A stretch of DNA of 64,000 nt from Gemmatimonadales bacterium. Its GTDB lineage: Bacteria > Gemmatimonadota > Gemmatimonadetes > Gemmatimonadales > GWC2-71-9. The translations under genes were made by a program, and so were the position numbers. Positions 38,162 to 47,278 of this stretch are shown here, in pieces (positions within the stretch are counted from its first letter, which is position 1; each line of letters starts with the position of its first letter). The stretch is from NCBI GenBank assembly GCA_036555275.1, contig DATBLR010000092.1, positions 242 through 64,241 on the forward strand, given 5' to 3'. The notes beneath the pieces were generated by a model that worked only from the letters and a program-made list of their open reading frames with translations, had not been told where the DNA came from and ran no database searches.

Positions 38162-38306
38162 CCGGGCCGCGGCGGAGTGGCCTAGATCCATGCCATCTCA
38201 CGGTTTACGACCCTGTTCCCGGTTGACACCCCCGCCATACCATACGACTTTGTAGCTGGCGATCCTGGTGGACATTCCCCGATCCGGAACGGGCTCGACG
38301 ACCTTC

Positions 38307-39170
38307 ATGCTCACTGCGCTTCAGCTTCAGCAGCAGCGCCGACGTCGCGCCGTCCCCTCGCTCAAGCAGCAGTACCACGAGTACATCCTGCAGCGGATCG
38401 AGAGCTACAAGAACAGTCTGTCCCGCCGGGAACTGCTCGAGCTGGGCAATGAGGCTGTGGCCGAAATGGAGGCTGCGGGAGACCAGTTCCTGCTCACCGA
38501 AGTGCTGCTTACCGACTGGGTGGACCGGCTGATCCACAAACGGCTCCGATTGCAGCCCTACGCACGCTGGTCCAGGCACTTCAAGCAACTGCGTGCCGCC
38601 CAGCGGGAACCGACTCACTGGGGCATTGACCAACGCAGTCCGGTGACCCGGCTGCTGCCGCGCCTCGAGCCCGGCGACACTGCCCTGGTCATCGGTTGGG
38701 ACGCCGCCCCGGTGGCCTGTCTCCTCGCGGCATACGAGGTGAGCGTCGTGTTCACCGGTTGCGACATGACTCTGGTAGACCAGGTCGAGTCGCGCGTGGC
38801 CGCGGAGGCCCTGGGACACTACTGCACCACCTACGTGGCCCCCACCGGCCAGTTCGGGCCGGGCTTTCCCGAGCAGGTCCACATCCTTGCGATTGACACC
38901 GCGACGCTCGAGGCGGAATCGGCGGCCAACCGGCGGATCATGGTCGAGCGCCTGATGGAGCGCACTGCGGCCGGCGGGGTACATCTGATCCTGCCGACCA
39001 CCCACGCCCTCACCCCCGAAGCGTTTCTCTCCCACTACCCGGAGTGGAGCCGGGAGGACCGCCCGGGCGCGAAGCGGCGCGCCGCCAAGTCCCTGGGCAT
39101 CATGCTGCACAAGCCGCCGACCACCGCGGAACCGGACCAGCCCTTTCACTCCCGCGACGTGCCCGCCTGA
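38307..39170 (+). CDS. hypothetical protein (helical N-domain plus degenerate methyltransferase-like domain)
   Basis: long ORF with protein-like composition; TTGACA upstream at 38223; alternative GTG at 38268. Confidence 0.75.
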   Translation: MLTALQLQQQRRRRAVPSLKQQYHEYILQRIESYKNSLSRRELLELGNEAVAEMEAAGDQFLLTEVLLTDWVDRLIHKRLRLQPYARWSRHFKQLRAAQREPTHWGIDQRSPVTRLLPRLEPGDTALVIGWDAAPVACLLAAYEVSVVFTGCDMTLVDQVESRVAAEALGHYCTTYVAPTGQFGPGFPEQVHILAIDTATLEAESAANRRIMVERLMERTAAGGVHLILPTTHALTPEAFLSHYPEWSREDRPGAKRRAAKSLGIMLHKPPTTAEPDQPFHSRDVPA

Positions 39171-39252
39171 CCTCCTCGGCGCACTTGCTCCTCCCCCGAT
39201 AGTCGATAGGATGCGGCAAGCGGTATCGCAGCCCCGGAGGGCCCACCTCGTC

Positions 39253-39281
39253 CTGCCCCGGCCTGCTGATCCGGCTATAAT
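39253..39281 (+). promoter_or_regulatory. probable sigma70 promoter of the fdh operon
   Basis: CTGCCC-17 nt-TATAAT; GGAGG SD downstream. Confidence 0.5.
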
Positions 39282-39323
39282 TCGACTGAAACGGTCGCCT
39301 TTGTTGGAGGGGCGCACATCATC

Positions 39324-42272
39324 ATGTCATCGATCAAGCTGAACGGACGATCCCTGCCTTTCACCCCGGGCCAGACCATTCTCGATGTGGCCAGGGCGAA
39401 CGGGGTGGACATCCCCACGCTGTGTTGGTATCCCAAGCTGCCCACGGTCGCCAACTGCCGCATCTGCCTGGTCTCGGTCGAAGGACAGGGCAAGCTGCAG
39501 CCGGCCTGTTACACTCCGGCCGCCGAGGGCATGGTGGTGGAGTCGGAGTCCGAGGCGGCCTCGGCCAGTCGAAAGTCGGTCCTGGAATTTCTTCTGCAAC
39601 GCTATCCCGGCGAGCATCTGGCCAACGGTGGCCGGGCCGATGCCCGGAACGTGTTCGAGGAATACTGCGTCCGGTACGACGCCGAGCCACCGGTCGCCCG
39701 GACGCTGGAACTGCGCCACGGCGACGAGCGGCCGGGCGACTGGATGATCCAGCACGACATGAGCCTCTGCATCCTGTGTACGCGCTGCGTCCGGGCCTGC
39801 GAGGACATTCAGGTGGTCGGGGTGCTGGATGTTGCACAGCGAGGCGAGCACGCGGAGATCGTCGTCGGGGGCGACGGGGATCCCGACCACGCCGGCTGCA
39901 CCTGGTGCGGCGAGTGCGTCCGGGTCTGCCCCACGGGGGCGATCTTCGAGTTCATTCCCAAGCAGCGGTTCGGCGCCGACGCCATTCGCCACCCGGACAA
40001 GGTGGCCCATTCGGTCTGTCCCTACTGTGGCGTCGGCTGCCAGATCGACCTTCACGTGAAGGGGGACCGCCTGCTGCGGGTCACCAGCCCGTGGATTGAG
40101 GACTACAGTCCCAACCAGGGCTCAACCTGCGTGAAGGGCCGCTTCGGGTACGACTTCACCCAGCATCGCGACCGGCTCAAAGCCCCCCTCATCCGCAAGG
40201 GCTGGCAGCATGACGGTGAACGCTGGGAGTGGACCGGCGAATGGCCCCGGCACCGCGAGGGCCCCTGGCAGCTCATCGAGGATCTGGGCAAGAAGGACAA
40301 GCCCCGTCCGCCGCGTCGCCAGGTAGGCAAGCCGCCCCTCACCGGGGTCGCCGTCCCGCTGCTGGATGAGGACGACGTGCGCGACCGGGTGGCCACCCCG
40401 CCGGCCTGGTACAGCGCCTTCCGGGAAGGGACCTGGGAAGAGGCGATGAGCCTCGTGGCCCAGGAGCTTGCGCGTATCCGCGACACCCGCGGCCCGGGAG
40501 CGCTGGCGTCGTTGTCCTCCGCCAAGTGTACCAACGAGGAGAACTATCTCTTCATGCGGATGGTGCGGGGCGCGCTGCGTACCAACAACGTGGACCACTG
40601 CACCCGACTCTGCCACTCGAGCTCGGTGGCAGCGATGAGCCGGGCGATGAGCACCTCGGCGGCTTCGGGCTCGATGCGGGAGATCGAGGAAGCCTGCAAC
40701 GTCATCTTCATCTCGGGCGCCAACACCACAGAGACCCATCCGGTGTTCGGCGCGCTCATTAAGCGGGCGGTGAAGCGGGGGGCCAAGCTCATCGTGGCGG
40801 ACGTGCGACGGACCGAGCTGGCGGCGCTGGCCGATATCCACCTGCAGATGATGCCGGGCACCGACGTCGTGCTCTATAATGCGATGCTGCAGCACATCAT
40901 CGCCACGGGGTTGGAGGATCGCGCCTTCATCGCCAAGCGGATGCACGACTGGGACGAACTGAAAGCGGCCGTGCAACCCTACACCCCGGACATGGCAGCC
41001 AAGATCACCGGCGTGCCCGCCGCCACGATCCGCGCCGCCGCCGAGATGTACGCCAGGGGCCCCAACACCTCGACCCTGTGGGCCATGGGGCTCACCCAGC
41101 ACAACACCGGCACCGATATCGTCGCCAGCCTGCTCAACCTGATGCTCGCCTGCGGCATGATCGGCCGATGGGGCGCCGCGATGATCCCGATTCGCGGCCA
41201 GAATAACGTGCAGGGTGCCAGTGACGTGGGCGCGATTCCTTTCGCGTATACCGACTACCGCTCGGTCGAAGACCCGGCCGTCCGCGCCATCTTCGCCGAG
41301 GCCTGGGGCCTCCCGGAGAATCACCTGTCCCTCAAGCGGGGGATGATGGTGACCGAGATCGTGGCGGAGGGAAGTCCCATCCGCGGCATGTACATCATGG
41401 GCGAGAACCCGGTCCTCTCCGACCCCAACATTGCTCACGCCGAGCACTGGGTCCGGGGCCTGGAATTCCTCGCCGTGCAGGATCTCTTTCTCACCGAAAC
41501 GGCCCGGTGGGCGGATGTGGTGCTTCCCGGGTCCGCCTTCGCAGAGAAAGAGGGCACGGTGGTCAACACTGACCGCCATATCCAGCTCATGGAGCCCGCC
41601 CAGGCCCCTCAGGGCGAGGCGCGACTTGATCTCGACATCCTGATCGAGCTGAGCAACCGGCTCGGCCTTCCCTCGCCGTATCAGGGCGCGGGAGACGTCA
41701 TGGATGAGATCGCCCGCGTCACCCCGGTCTGGCGAGGGGTAAACTACGAACGGCTGCGCCGGCTGCGGTCCTTGCAGTACCCGGTGCCGGACGTCCACCA
41801 CCCGGGGACCACCTTCCTCTTCGAGGATGCCTTCCCGACGTCTGATGGCCGGGCGCGGTTCATTCCGGTGGAGTATCTGCCTCCGGATGAGCTGCCCAAC
41901 GAGGAGTTCCCTTTCGTGCTCAATACCGGCCGGCAGATGTACCACTGGCACACCGGCACCATGAGCCGCCGCTCGCGCGGACTCGACAGCCGTGAGCCAA
42001 CGCCCATCATGGAGGTCCACCCGGCGGACGCGATCGCTCTCGGCGTGGTCGATGGAGACCCGGTCCTGGTGACCAGCCGCCGCGGATCCGTCCGCATCAA
42101 TGTCCGCGTGTCTGAGCGTCAGGCCCGTGGGCAGGTGTTCATTCCCATGCACTTCCGCGAAGCGGCGGCGAATATCCTCACCAACCCTCAGCTCGATCCT
42201 TATGCCCGGATTGCCTCCTTCAAGGTGAGCGCGGTCCGGGTGGAGCCGGTGGCCGCGGGAGTGGAGGTCTGA
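39324..42272 (+). CDS. fdhF: formate dehydrogenase alpha subunit (Mo/W-bisPGD, Cys type) with N-terminal Fe-S domains
   Basis: IPTLC..CRIC..PAC, CILCTRC, CTWCGEC, CPYCGVGC..CVKG, DHCTRLCH, RGQNNVQG. Confidence 0.92.
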   Translation: MSSIKLNGRSLPFTPGQTILDVARANGVDIPTLCWYPKLPTVANCRICLVSVEGQGKLQPACYTPAAEGMVVESESEAASASRKSVLEFLLQRYPGEHLANGGRADARNVFEEYCVRYDAEPPVARTLELRHGDERPGDWMIQHDMSLCILCTRCVRACEDIQVVGVLDVAQRGEHAEIVVGGDGDPDHAGCTWCGECVRVCPTGAIFEFIPKQRFGADAIRHPDKVAHSVCPYCGVGCQIDLHVKGDRLLRVTSPWIEDYSPNQGSTCVKGRFGYDFTQHRDRLKAPLIRKGWQHDGERWEWTGEWPRHREGPWQLIEDLGKKDKPRPPRRQVGKPPLTGVAVPLLDEDDVRDRVATPPAWYSAFREGTWEEAMSLVAQELARIRDTRGPGALASLSSAKCTNEENYLFMRMVRGALRTNNVDHCTRLCHSSSVAAMSRAMSTSAASGSMREIEEACNVIFISGANTTETHPVFGALIKRAVKRGAKLIVADVRRTELAALADIHLQMMPGTDVVLYNAMLQHIIATGLEDRAFIAKRMHDWDELKAAVQPYTPDMAAKITGVPAATIRAAAEMYARGPNTSTLWAMGLTQHNTGTDIVASLLNLMLACGMIGRWGAAMIPIRGQNNVQGASDVGAIPFAYTDYRSVEDPAVRAIFAEAWGLPENHLSLKRGMMVTEIVAEGSPIRGMYIMGENPVLSDPNIAHAEHWVRGLEFLAVQDLFLTETARWADVVLPGSAFAEKEGTVVNTDRHIQLMEPAQAPQGEARLDLDILIELSNRLGLPSPYQGAGDVMDEIARVTPVWRGVNYERLRRLRSLQYPVPDVHHPGTTFLFEDAFPTSDGRARFIPVEYLPPDELPNEEFPFVLNTGRQMYHWHTGTMSRRSRGLDSREPTPIMEVHPADAIALGVVDGDPVLVTSRRGSVRINVRVSERQARGQVFIPMHFREAAANILTNPQLDPYARIASFKVSAVRVEPVAAGVEV

Positions 42273-44050
42273 GCGGCGCCGGCCGGTCTCCCGGTCGGCC
42301 CTTCCGGGACCTGCGAGACTTCCTCGCCGAACTCGAGCGCAGAGGCGACCTCCGCCGGATCACCGTGGAAGTGGACCCGGTGCTCGAGGTTTCAGAGCTG
42401 ACCCAACGGGTGATCCGCGAGGACGGCCCCGCCCTGCTGTTCGAGCGCCCCCGCAACAGTGCCATTCCCCTGGTGATGAACCTGCTCGGCGCCCGCCGCC
42501 GGGTCGAGCTGGCCCTCGGCGCCGAGCCCCGGGCCATCGGGGCCGAGCTGGTGCGCGCAATCGAGCGGCTCAATCCCCCTTCCATCGGAGCGCTGTGGGC
42601 GTCCCGGAGGTTCCTGGCACGGGGACGCTTCCTGCACCCCAAGGAGGTCCGCCGGGCACCGGTGCAGCAGGTGGTCGAGCCGCCGGCCATCGACCGGCTG
42701 CCCAATCTGATGAGCTGGCCCCGGGACGGCGGCCGCTTCATTACCTTCGGGCCGACTCTCACCTGCGATCCGGTCACCGGCCGCCGCAACTTCGGACTGT
42801 ATCGGCTCCAGGTCTTCGGGCCGGCCGAGACCGGGATGCACTGGCAGAGCCTCAAGGGCGGTCGCGGGCATTACTTCGAAGCCGAGAAGCGAGGCCAGAA
42901 GCTCCCCGTGGCCGTGGTCCTGGGTGGCGATCCCGTCACCATGCTCTCCGCGATCCTGCCACTTCCGGAGGATGTCGACGAGCTGGCCTTCGCGGGCTAC
43001 CTCCGCGGCGCTCGCACCCGGCTGGTGCGGACCGTGGCGGGAGAGTTACTGGTCCCGGCCAATGCCGAGATCATCCTGGAGGGCTACGTGGCCCCCGGCG
43101 AGCGCCGGATGGAAGGGCCATTCGGAGACCACTTCGGGCACTATTCCGAAGCGAGCGAGTTTCCGGTCTTCCACGTGGAACGGGTCACCCGCCGGCGGGA
43201 TGCGCTGTACCCGGCCTCGGTAGTCGGCAAGCCGCCCCAGGAAGACAAGTTCATGGGGATCGCGGTGGGGGAGATGGTGGGTCCCCTGATCCGGCTGGTC
43301 AATCCCAACGTGGTCGATCTCTATGCCTACGACGCCGCGAGCTTCCACAACCTGCTCGCAGTGGCGGTGCGCGAGCGACATCCCAAGGAGGTGCTGAAGA
43401 CAGCGCTGGCGCTGCTGGGCACCGGGCAGCTCGCGCTCACCAAGGTGGCCATCATGGTCCGGGAGGGGGTCGACATCCGCAGCTTCGGCGCCCTGCTGCG
43501 CGAGCTGTGGTACCGCTTCGAGCCCCGCGACCGGATGATCCTGCTCCCCATAGGAACCCTGGATACGCTCGACTACACCTCCTTCACGATGCACGTTGGC
43601 AGCAAGCTCGTGCTCGATGCCACCGGGGACCCGGTGACGGACCGCCCACCCCCCGAGGCGGTCGGTAATCCCGCCGAGGCGGACCGCCGAGTCGCCGCCC
43701 ACCGGCTGCTCGAGGGTGGCTTCCTGGTGGTCTCGGTGGACCGTGACCCCCGGGCGGTGCTGCAGGAGCTACTCCGCTGGCCCGGCTTGGGGGAGGTTCG
43801 TCTGGTGACCGCAGTCAGCCGGGACGTGGACCTGCAGGATGAGACCAGCCTGCTGTGGGGGATCTTCACCCGATTCGATCCCGCGCGCGACATGATCTTC
43901 GCCCGGCAGGAGTTTCTCGGGGCCCGACCGGTCTATGGTGGCCCCATCGGCATTGACGCGACCTGGAAGGAAGGCTATCCGCAGCCGCTGGAGATGACCC
44001 AGGAGATCGTGCGCACGGTGGACAGGCGCTGGAAGGAGTACTGGAGTTGA
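42269..44050 (+). CDS. UbiD family decarboxylase (long, menaquinone-biosynthesis decarboxylase-like); probable CTG start
   Basis: conserved N-terminus FRDLRDFLAELE..GDL lies upstream of GTG 42365; NFGLYRLQ, EGPFGDH.GHY, GKPPQED, IDATWK. Confidence 0.9.
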   Translation: MSGAGRSPGRPFRDLRDFLAELERRGDLRRITVEVDPVLEVSELTQRVIREDGPALLFERPRNSAIPLVMNLLGARRRVELALGAEPRAIGAELVRAIERLNPPSIGALWASRRFLARGRFLHPKEVRRAPVQQVVEPPAIDRLPNLMSWPRDGGRFITFGPTLTCDPVTGRRNFGLYRLQVFGPAETGMHWQSLKGGRGHYFEAEKRGQKLPVAVVLGGDPVTMLSAILPLPEDVDELAFAGYLRGARTRLVRTVAGELLVPANAEIILEGYVAPGERRMEGPFGDHFGHYSEASEFPVFHVERVTRRRDALYPASVVGKPPQEDKFMGIAVGEMVGPLIRLVNPNVVDLYAYDAASFHNLLAVAVRERHPKEVLKTALALLGTGQLALTKVAIMVREGVDIRSFGALLRELWYRFEPRDRMILLPIGTLDTLDYTSFTMHVGSKLVLDATGDPVTDRPPPEAVGNPAEADRRVAAHRLLEGGFLVVSVDRDPRAVLQELLRWPGLGEVRLVTAVSRDVDLQDETSLLWGIFTRFDPARDMIFARQEFLGARPVYGGPIGIDATWKEGYPQPLEMTQEIVRTVDRRWKEYWS

Positions 44051-44060
44051 TAGCGCTACG

Positions 44061-44095
44061 CCCTGAAGGCCGCACCCTGAACGCTGAACCCTGAC
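44061..44095 (+). repeat. single-arm heptamer tandem (CCCTGAA)
   Basis: ccctgaa ggccgca ccctgaa cgctgaa ccctgac. Confidence 0.55.
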
Positions 44096-44101
44096 CCAGC
44101 C

Positions 44102-45151
44102 ATGCGCGCTCTCGTCAAGGTCGCACCAGGTGCCGGCATCGAAGTCCGCGAGGTGCCCCCGCCCTCCTACGGCCCAAGCGACGTTCTGATCAAGGTGCAC
44201 TACGCCGGGGTCTGCGGCACCGATCTCCACATCTGGGAGTGGGACGCCTGGGCGAGCGGCCGGCTCAAGCCACCGGTGATCGTCGGCCACGAGTTCGCCG
44301 GCGAGATCGTCGAACTGGGCCAGGAGGCCCGGTCGGAGGGGCTGCTGGCAGTGGGCGACCGGGTGACCGCCGAGGGTCATATCGTCTGCGGCCACTGTCT
44401 GCCCTGCCGCACCGGCGATGCCCATGTGTGCCGCCGGACCCGCATCATCGGAGTAGACCGCGATGGTGCCTTTGCCGATTTCATCGCAATGCCAGCTTCC
44501 AACGTAATGCAGCTGAGCGGCATCCCGACCGAGATCGGGGCAATCATGGATCCGACCGGCAACGCCGTGCACACCGTGCTGGAAGGGGGGAAGGTTCCCG
44601 GCAGCGCGGTGCTGGTGCTCGGATGCGGACCTATCGGTTGCTTCGCCGTCGGGGTCGCCCGGGCGGCAGGCGCCTCGCTGGTCATCGCCAGTGACCTCAA
44701 CCCTACCCGGCTCGATCTCGCCCGGAGAATGGGTGCCCACGCCACCCTCAACCCCACCACCGACGATGTGGTCGCCCGGTGTCGCGACCTGACGGGTGGC
44801 GATGGCGTGGACCTCGTGTGCGAGATGAGCGGGCATCCGGCGGGCCACCAGACCGCGTTCGGCGCGGCCCGCCTTGGGGGCCGGGTGAACTTCCTGGGCA
44901 CACCCAGTCAGCCTACCCAGGTGGATTTCGCCAGCGACGTGATCTTCAAGGGGCTGACCCTCTACGGCGTCACCGGCCGCCGCATGTATGACACTTGGCA
45001 GCAGATGTTCCGACTGCTCCGCGCCGGACAATTCGATCCCCGCCCGGTGGTGACTCACCGGTTCAAGCTGGACCAGATCGCGGAAGCGGTGCGCGTGATC
45101 AAGGACGGCTGTGCGGGCAAAGTCATCCTGGAGGTAAGCGGGGAGCGGTGA
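44102..45151 (+). CDS. tdh: L-threonine 3-dehydrogenase
   Basis: CGTDLHI, GHEF, EGHIVCGHC..C, GCGPIG; adjacent to kbl. Confidence 0.93.
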   Translation: MRALVKVAPGAGIEVREVPPPSYGPSDVLIKVHYAGVCGTDLHIWEWDAWASGRLKPPVIVGHEFAGEIVELGQEARSEGLLAVGDRVTAEGHIVCGHCLPCRTGDAHVCRRTRIIGVDRDGAFADFIAMPASNVMQLSGIPTEIGAIMDPTGNAVHTVLEGGKVPGSAVLVLGCGPIGCFAVGVARAAGASLVIASDLNPTRLDLARRMGAHATLNPTTDDVVARCRDLTGGDGVDLVCEMSGHPAGHQTAFGAARLGGRVNFLGTPSQPTQVDFASDVIFKGLTLYGVTGRRMYDTWQQMFRLLRAGQFDPRPVVTHRFKLDQIAEAVRVIKDGCAGKVILEVSGER

Positions 45152-45228
45152 GTGCGATGCGGGCCCGACGCCCTTCCTCCCGTTCCCCGTTCCCTGTTCT
45201 CCGTCCCCTCTTCCCCCGTTCCCCCTTA
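45134..45228. repeat. degenerate inverted heptamer element at the tdh-kbl junction
   Basis: gtaagcg gggagcg gtgagtg cgatgcg ... tcccgtt ccccgtt ccctgtt ctccgtc ccctctt. Confidence 0.7.
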
Positions 45229-45234
45229 TTCACC

Positions 45235-46437
45235 ATGTCCCTCATGTCCCTCGCCTCACGCCTGGATGCCGAGCTCGCCCAGTTCCGGAAAGACGGCGTC
45301 TACAAGGAGCTGCTGTACCTGGAGGGCCCGCAGGACGCCCGCGTCCGGATCGAAGGTCATGGCGAAGTCATTGTGCTTTCCTCCAACAACTACCTCGGGC
45401 TGTGCAACACGCCCGAGGTCGTCAGGGCGGGCACCGAGGCGCTGTCACGCTTCGGCGCCGGGACCGCATCGGTCCGGTTCATCTGCGGCACCTTCACCGT
45501 GCACCGGACCCTGGAGGCGGCCTGCGCCCGGCTGGTAGGGACTCCCGCCAGCCTGAGCTTCGTCAGCTGCTGGAACGCCAACGAGGCGCTGCCGGCCACG
45601 CTGCTCGGTGAAGAGGACATCGTCATCAGCGACCAGCTGAACCACGCATCGATCATCGACGCCATCCGCCTGGCCAAGGCGATCACCAAGTGCCAGACCG
45701 CGGTGTACCGCCACGCCGATCTGGCCGATCTCACGGAGAAGCTGAAGGCGGCACGCACCGGGCGGACCCGCATGGTCGTCACCGACGGAGTGTTTTCGAT
45801 GGAGGGGTCGATCGCCCGGCTGCCCGAAATCGCTGACCTCTGCCGCCGGTACGAGGCGGTGCTGGTCGTAGATGACAGTCACGCCACCGGAGTCCTGGGC
45901 CGGACCGGCCGCGGCACCGCCGAGCACTTCGACATGATGGGACAGGTGGACATCATCACCTCCACTCTGGGCAAGGCGCTCGGCGGGGCGGCGGGGGGCT
46001 TCGTGGCCGGCAGCGCTGCCGTATGCGACTACCTCACCCAGCGCGCCCGACCCCAGTTGTTCTCCAACGCCTTGCCCCCAACCGTGGCCGCCAGCGCGCT
46101 GGCCAGCGTGGAGTACCTCGAGCAGCACCCGGAGCGGGTTGAGACCCTGCGCCAGAATGCCCGCTACTTCCGCGAGCAGCTCCTGGCCACGGGCTTCCGC
46201 CCGCTGCCCGGTGAGACGCCCATCATCCCGGTGATCCTCGGCGAGACCGCCAAGGCGATCGAGATGAGCAAACAGCTGCTCCGGGAGGGCGTATTTGTGA
46301 CCGGATTCGGCTACCCGGTCGTCCCCCAAGGTCAGGCCCGAATCCGCTGCCAGATATCGGCGGCCCACACCCGGGAGGATCTGGACCAAGCCCTCCGAGC
46401 CATGCGAAAAGTCGCCGCGCGCCTCAGTCTGGTGTGA
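45235..46437 (+). CDS. kbl: glycine C-acetyltransferase (2-amino-3-ketobutyrate CoA ligase)
   Basis: SNNYLGL, SVRFICGT, LNHASIID, DDSHA, TLGKALGG; start could be 45244 or GTG 45148. Confidence 0.94.
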   Translation: MSLMSLASRLDAELAQFRKDGVYKELLYLEGPQDARVRIEGHGEVIVLSSNNYLGLCNTPEVVRAGTEALSRFGAGTASVRFICGTFTVHRTLEAACARLVGTPASLSFVSCWNANEALPATLLGEEDIVISDQLNHASIIDAIRLAKAITKCQTAVYRHADLADLTEKLKAARTGRTRMVVTDGVFSMEGSIARLPEIADLCRRYEAVLVVDDSHATGVLGRTGRGTAEHFDMMGQVDIITSTLGKALGGAAGGFVAGSAAVCDYLTQRARPQLFSNALPPTVAASALASVEYLEQHPERVETLRQNARYFREQLLATGFRPLPGETPIIPVILGETAKAIEMSKQLLREGVFVTGFGYPVVPQGQARIRCQISAAHTREDLDQALRAMRKVAARLSLV

Positions 46438-46450
46438 TATGGATCACACC
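46431..46450. promoter_or_regulatory. CRP/FNR-family-type binding site
   Basis: GGTGTGAT-atgg-ATCACACC, i.e. perfect TGTGA-N6-TCACA; TTGTGG-17-TAGTTT promoter at 46478-46506. Confidence 0.65.
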
Positions 46451-46577
46451 GCCGGTGTTTGTTCGGTATGAGCCTTCTTGTGGGATTGGCGGACTTCAAG
46501 TAGTTTGGAAGCTCAAAGCTCCAAGCAGAAGCAGCAAAAGCCCATAGCGCCACCCGAACATCCCTGGAGGCTTTCCG

Positions 46578-47225
46578 ATGCGCATGCTCGGCCGCACCGC
46601 CGTGGTGCTGGGGCTGGCTTGCCTGGTGCAGGTTCCAGCCGCCCACGCCCAGCTCACGGGGTTCGAGACCTTCAAGTGGTACGTCGGAGCCCACGGTGGC
46701 GTCGTCATCTTTGAGACCCCGTCTCAGACCCGCGGTGGAATCTTCGCCGCCGGTGGAGATCTCCTGGTCACTGCCAAGCGCACCGGCCTCCTGATCTCCG
46801 TGGAGGAGGGCATCGAGACCAACCAGCTCAGCTCCTTCACCGACTCGGCCGGCGCTACCCAGCAGGTCGTCTTCAACGATCTTCGGAAATACACCCTAGC
46901 CCTGCTGGCCTTCCCCCTCCGCACGATCGTTCAGCCCTACGTGGGGCTCGGCGTGGGATGGCTCCAGACAGTCAAGGAGTATCCGCAGGCTGGCGGCTCG
47001 CAGAGTCAGGCCGAGCGGGCAGGCTCGACCGGCTTCGGGACTCTCATCGGCGGGGTTCAGGCCCGCGTGAGCCGGTTCATCGTTTTCGGCCAGTATCAGC
47101 TCACCAGCGCCGCCGCCGCGAACAAGCTCTTTATTGGCCCGACCCACACCCTCACGGCCGGCATGAGGTTCAGCCTGGGGAACGCGCGGGAGGGCGTCGA
47201 GGGAAGAGGCTCGGGACCGGATTAA
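46578..47225 (+). CDS. outer-membrane beta-barrel protein (OmpA/OmpW-like, ~8 strands)
   Basis: SD ggagg; signal peptide AHA-Q; PYVGLGVG; alternating beta pattern ending AGMRFSLG. Confidence 0.8.
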   Translation: MRMLGRTAVVLGLACLVQVPAAHAQLTGFETFKWYVGAHGGVVIFETPSQTRGGIFAAGGDLLVTAKRTGLLISVEEGIETNQLSSFTDSAGATQQVVFNDLRKYTLALLAFPLRTIVQPYVGLGVGWLQTVKEYPQAGGSQSQAERAGSTGFGTLIGGVQARVSRFIVFGQYQLTSAAAANKLFIGPTHTLTAGMRFSLGNAREGVEGRGSGPD

Positions 47226-47278
47226 ACGCGCTGCAGGAGGCGGATGCGATCGAGAGAGGGCGGGCCAGCGACCCGCCC

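Noticed and set aside
40590..40625. Selenocysteine in the FDH active site
   Set aside because: The ligand codon is TGC (RLCH); there is no in-frame TGA.
42240..42300. Programmed frameshift fusing FDH to UbiD
   Set aside because: No slippery sequence; FDH ends at a normal C-terminus; a CTG start is simpler.
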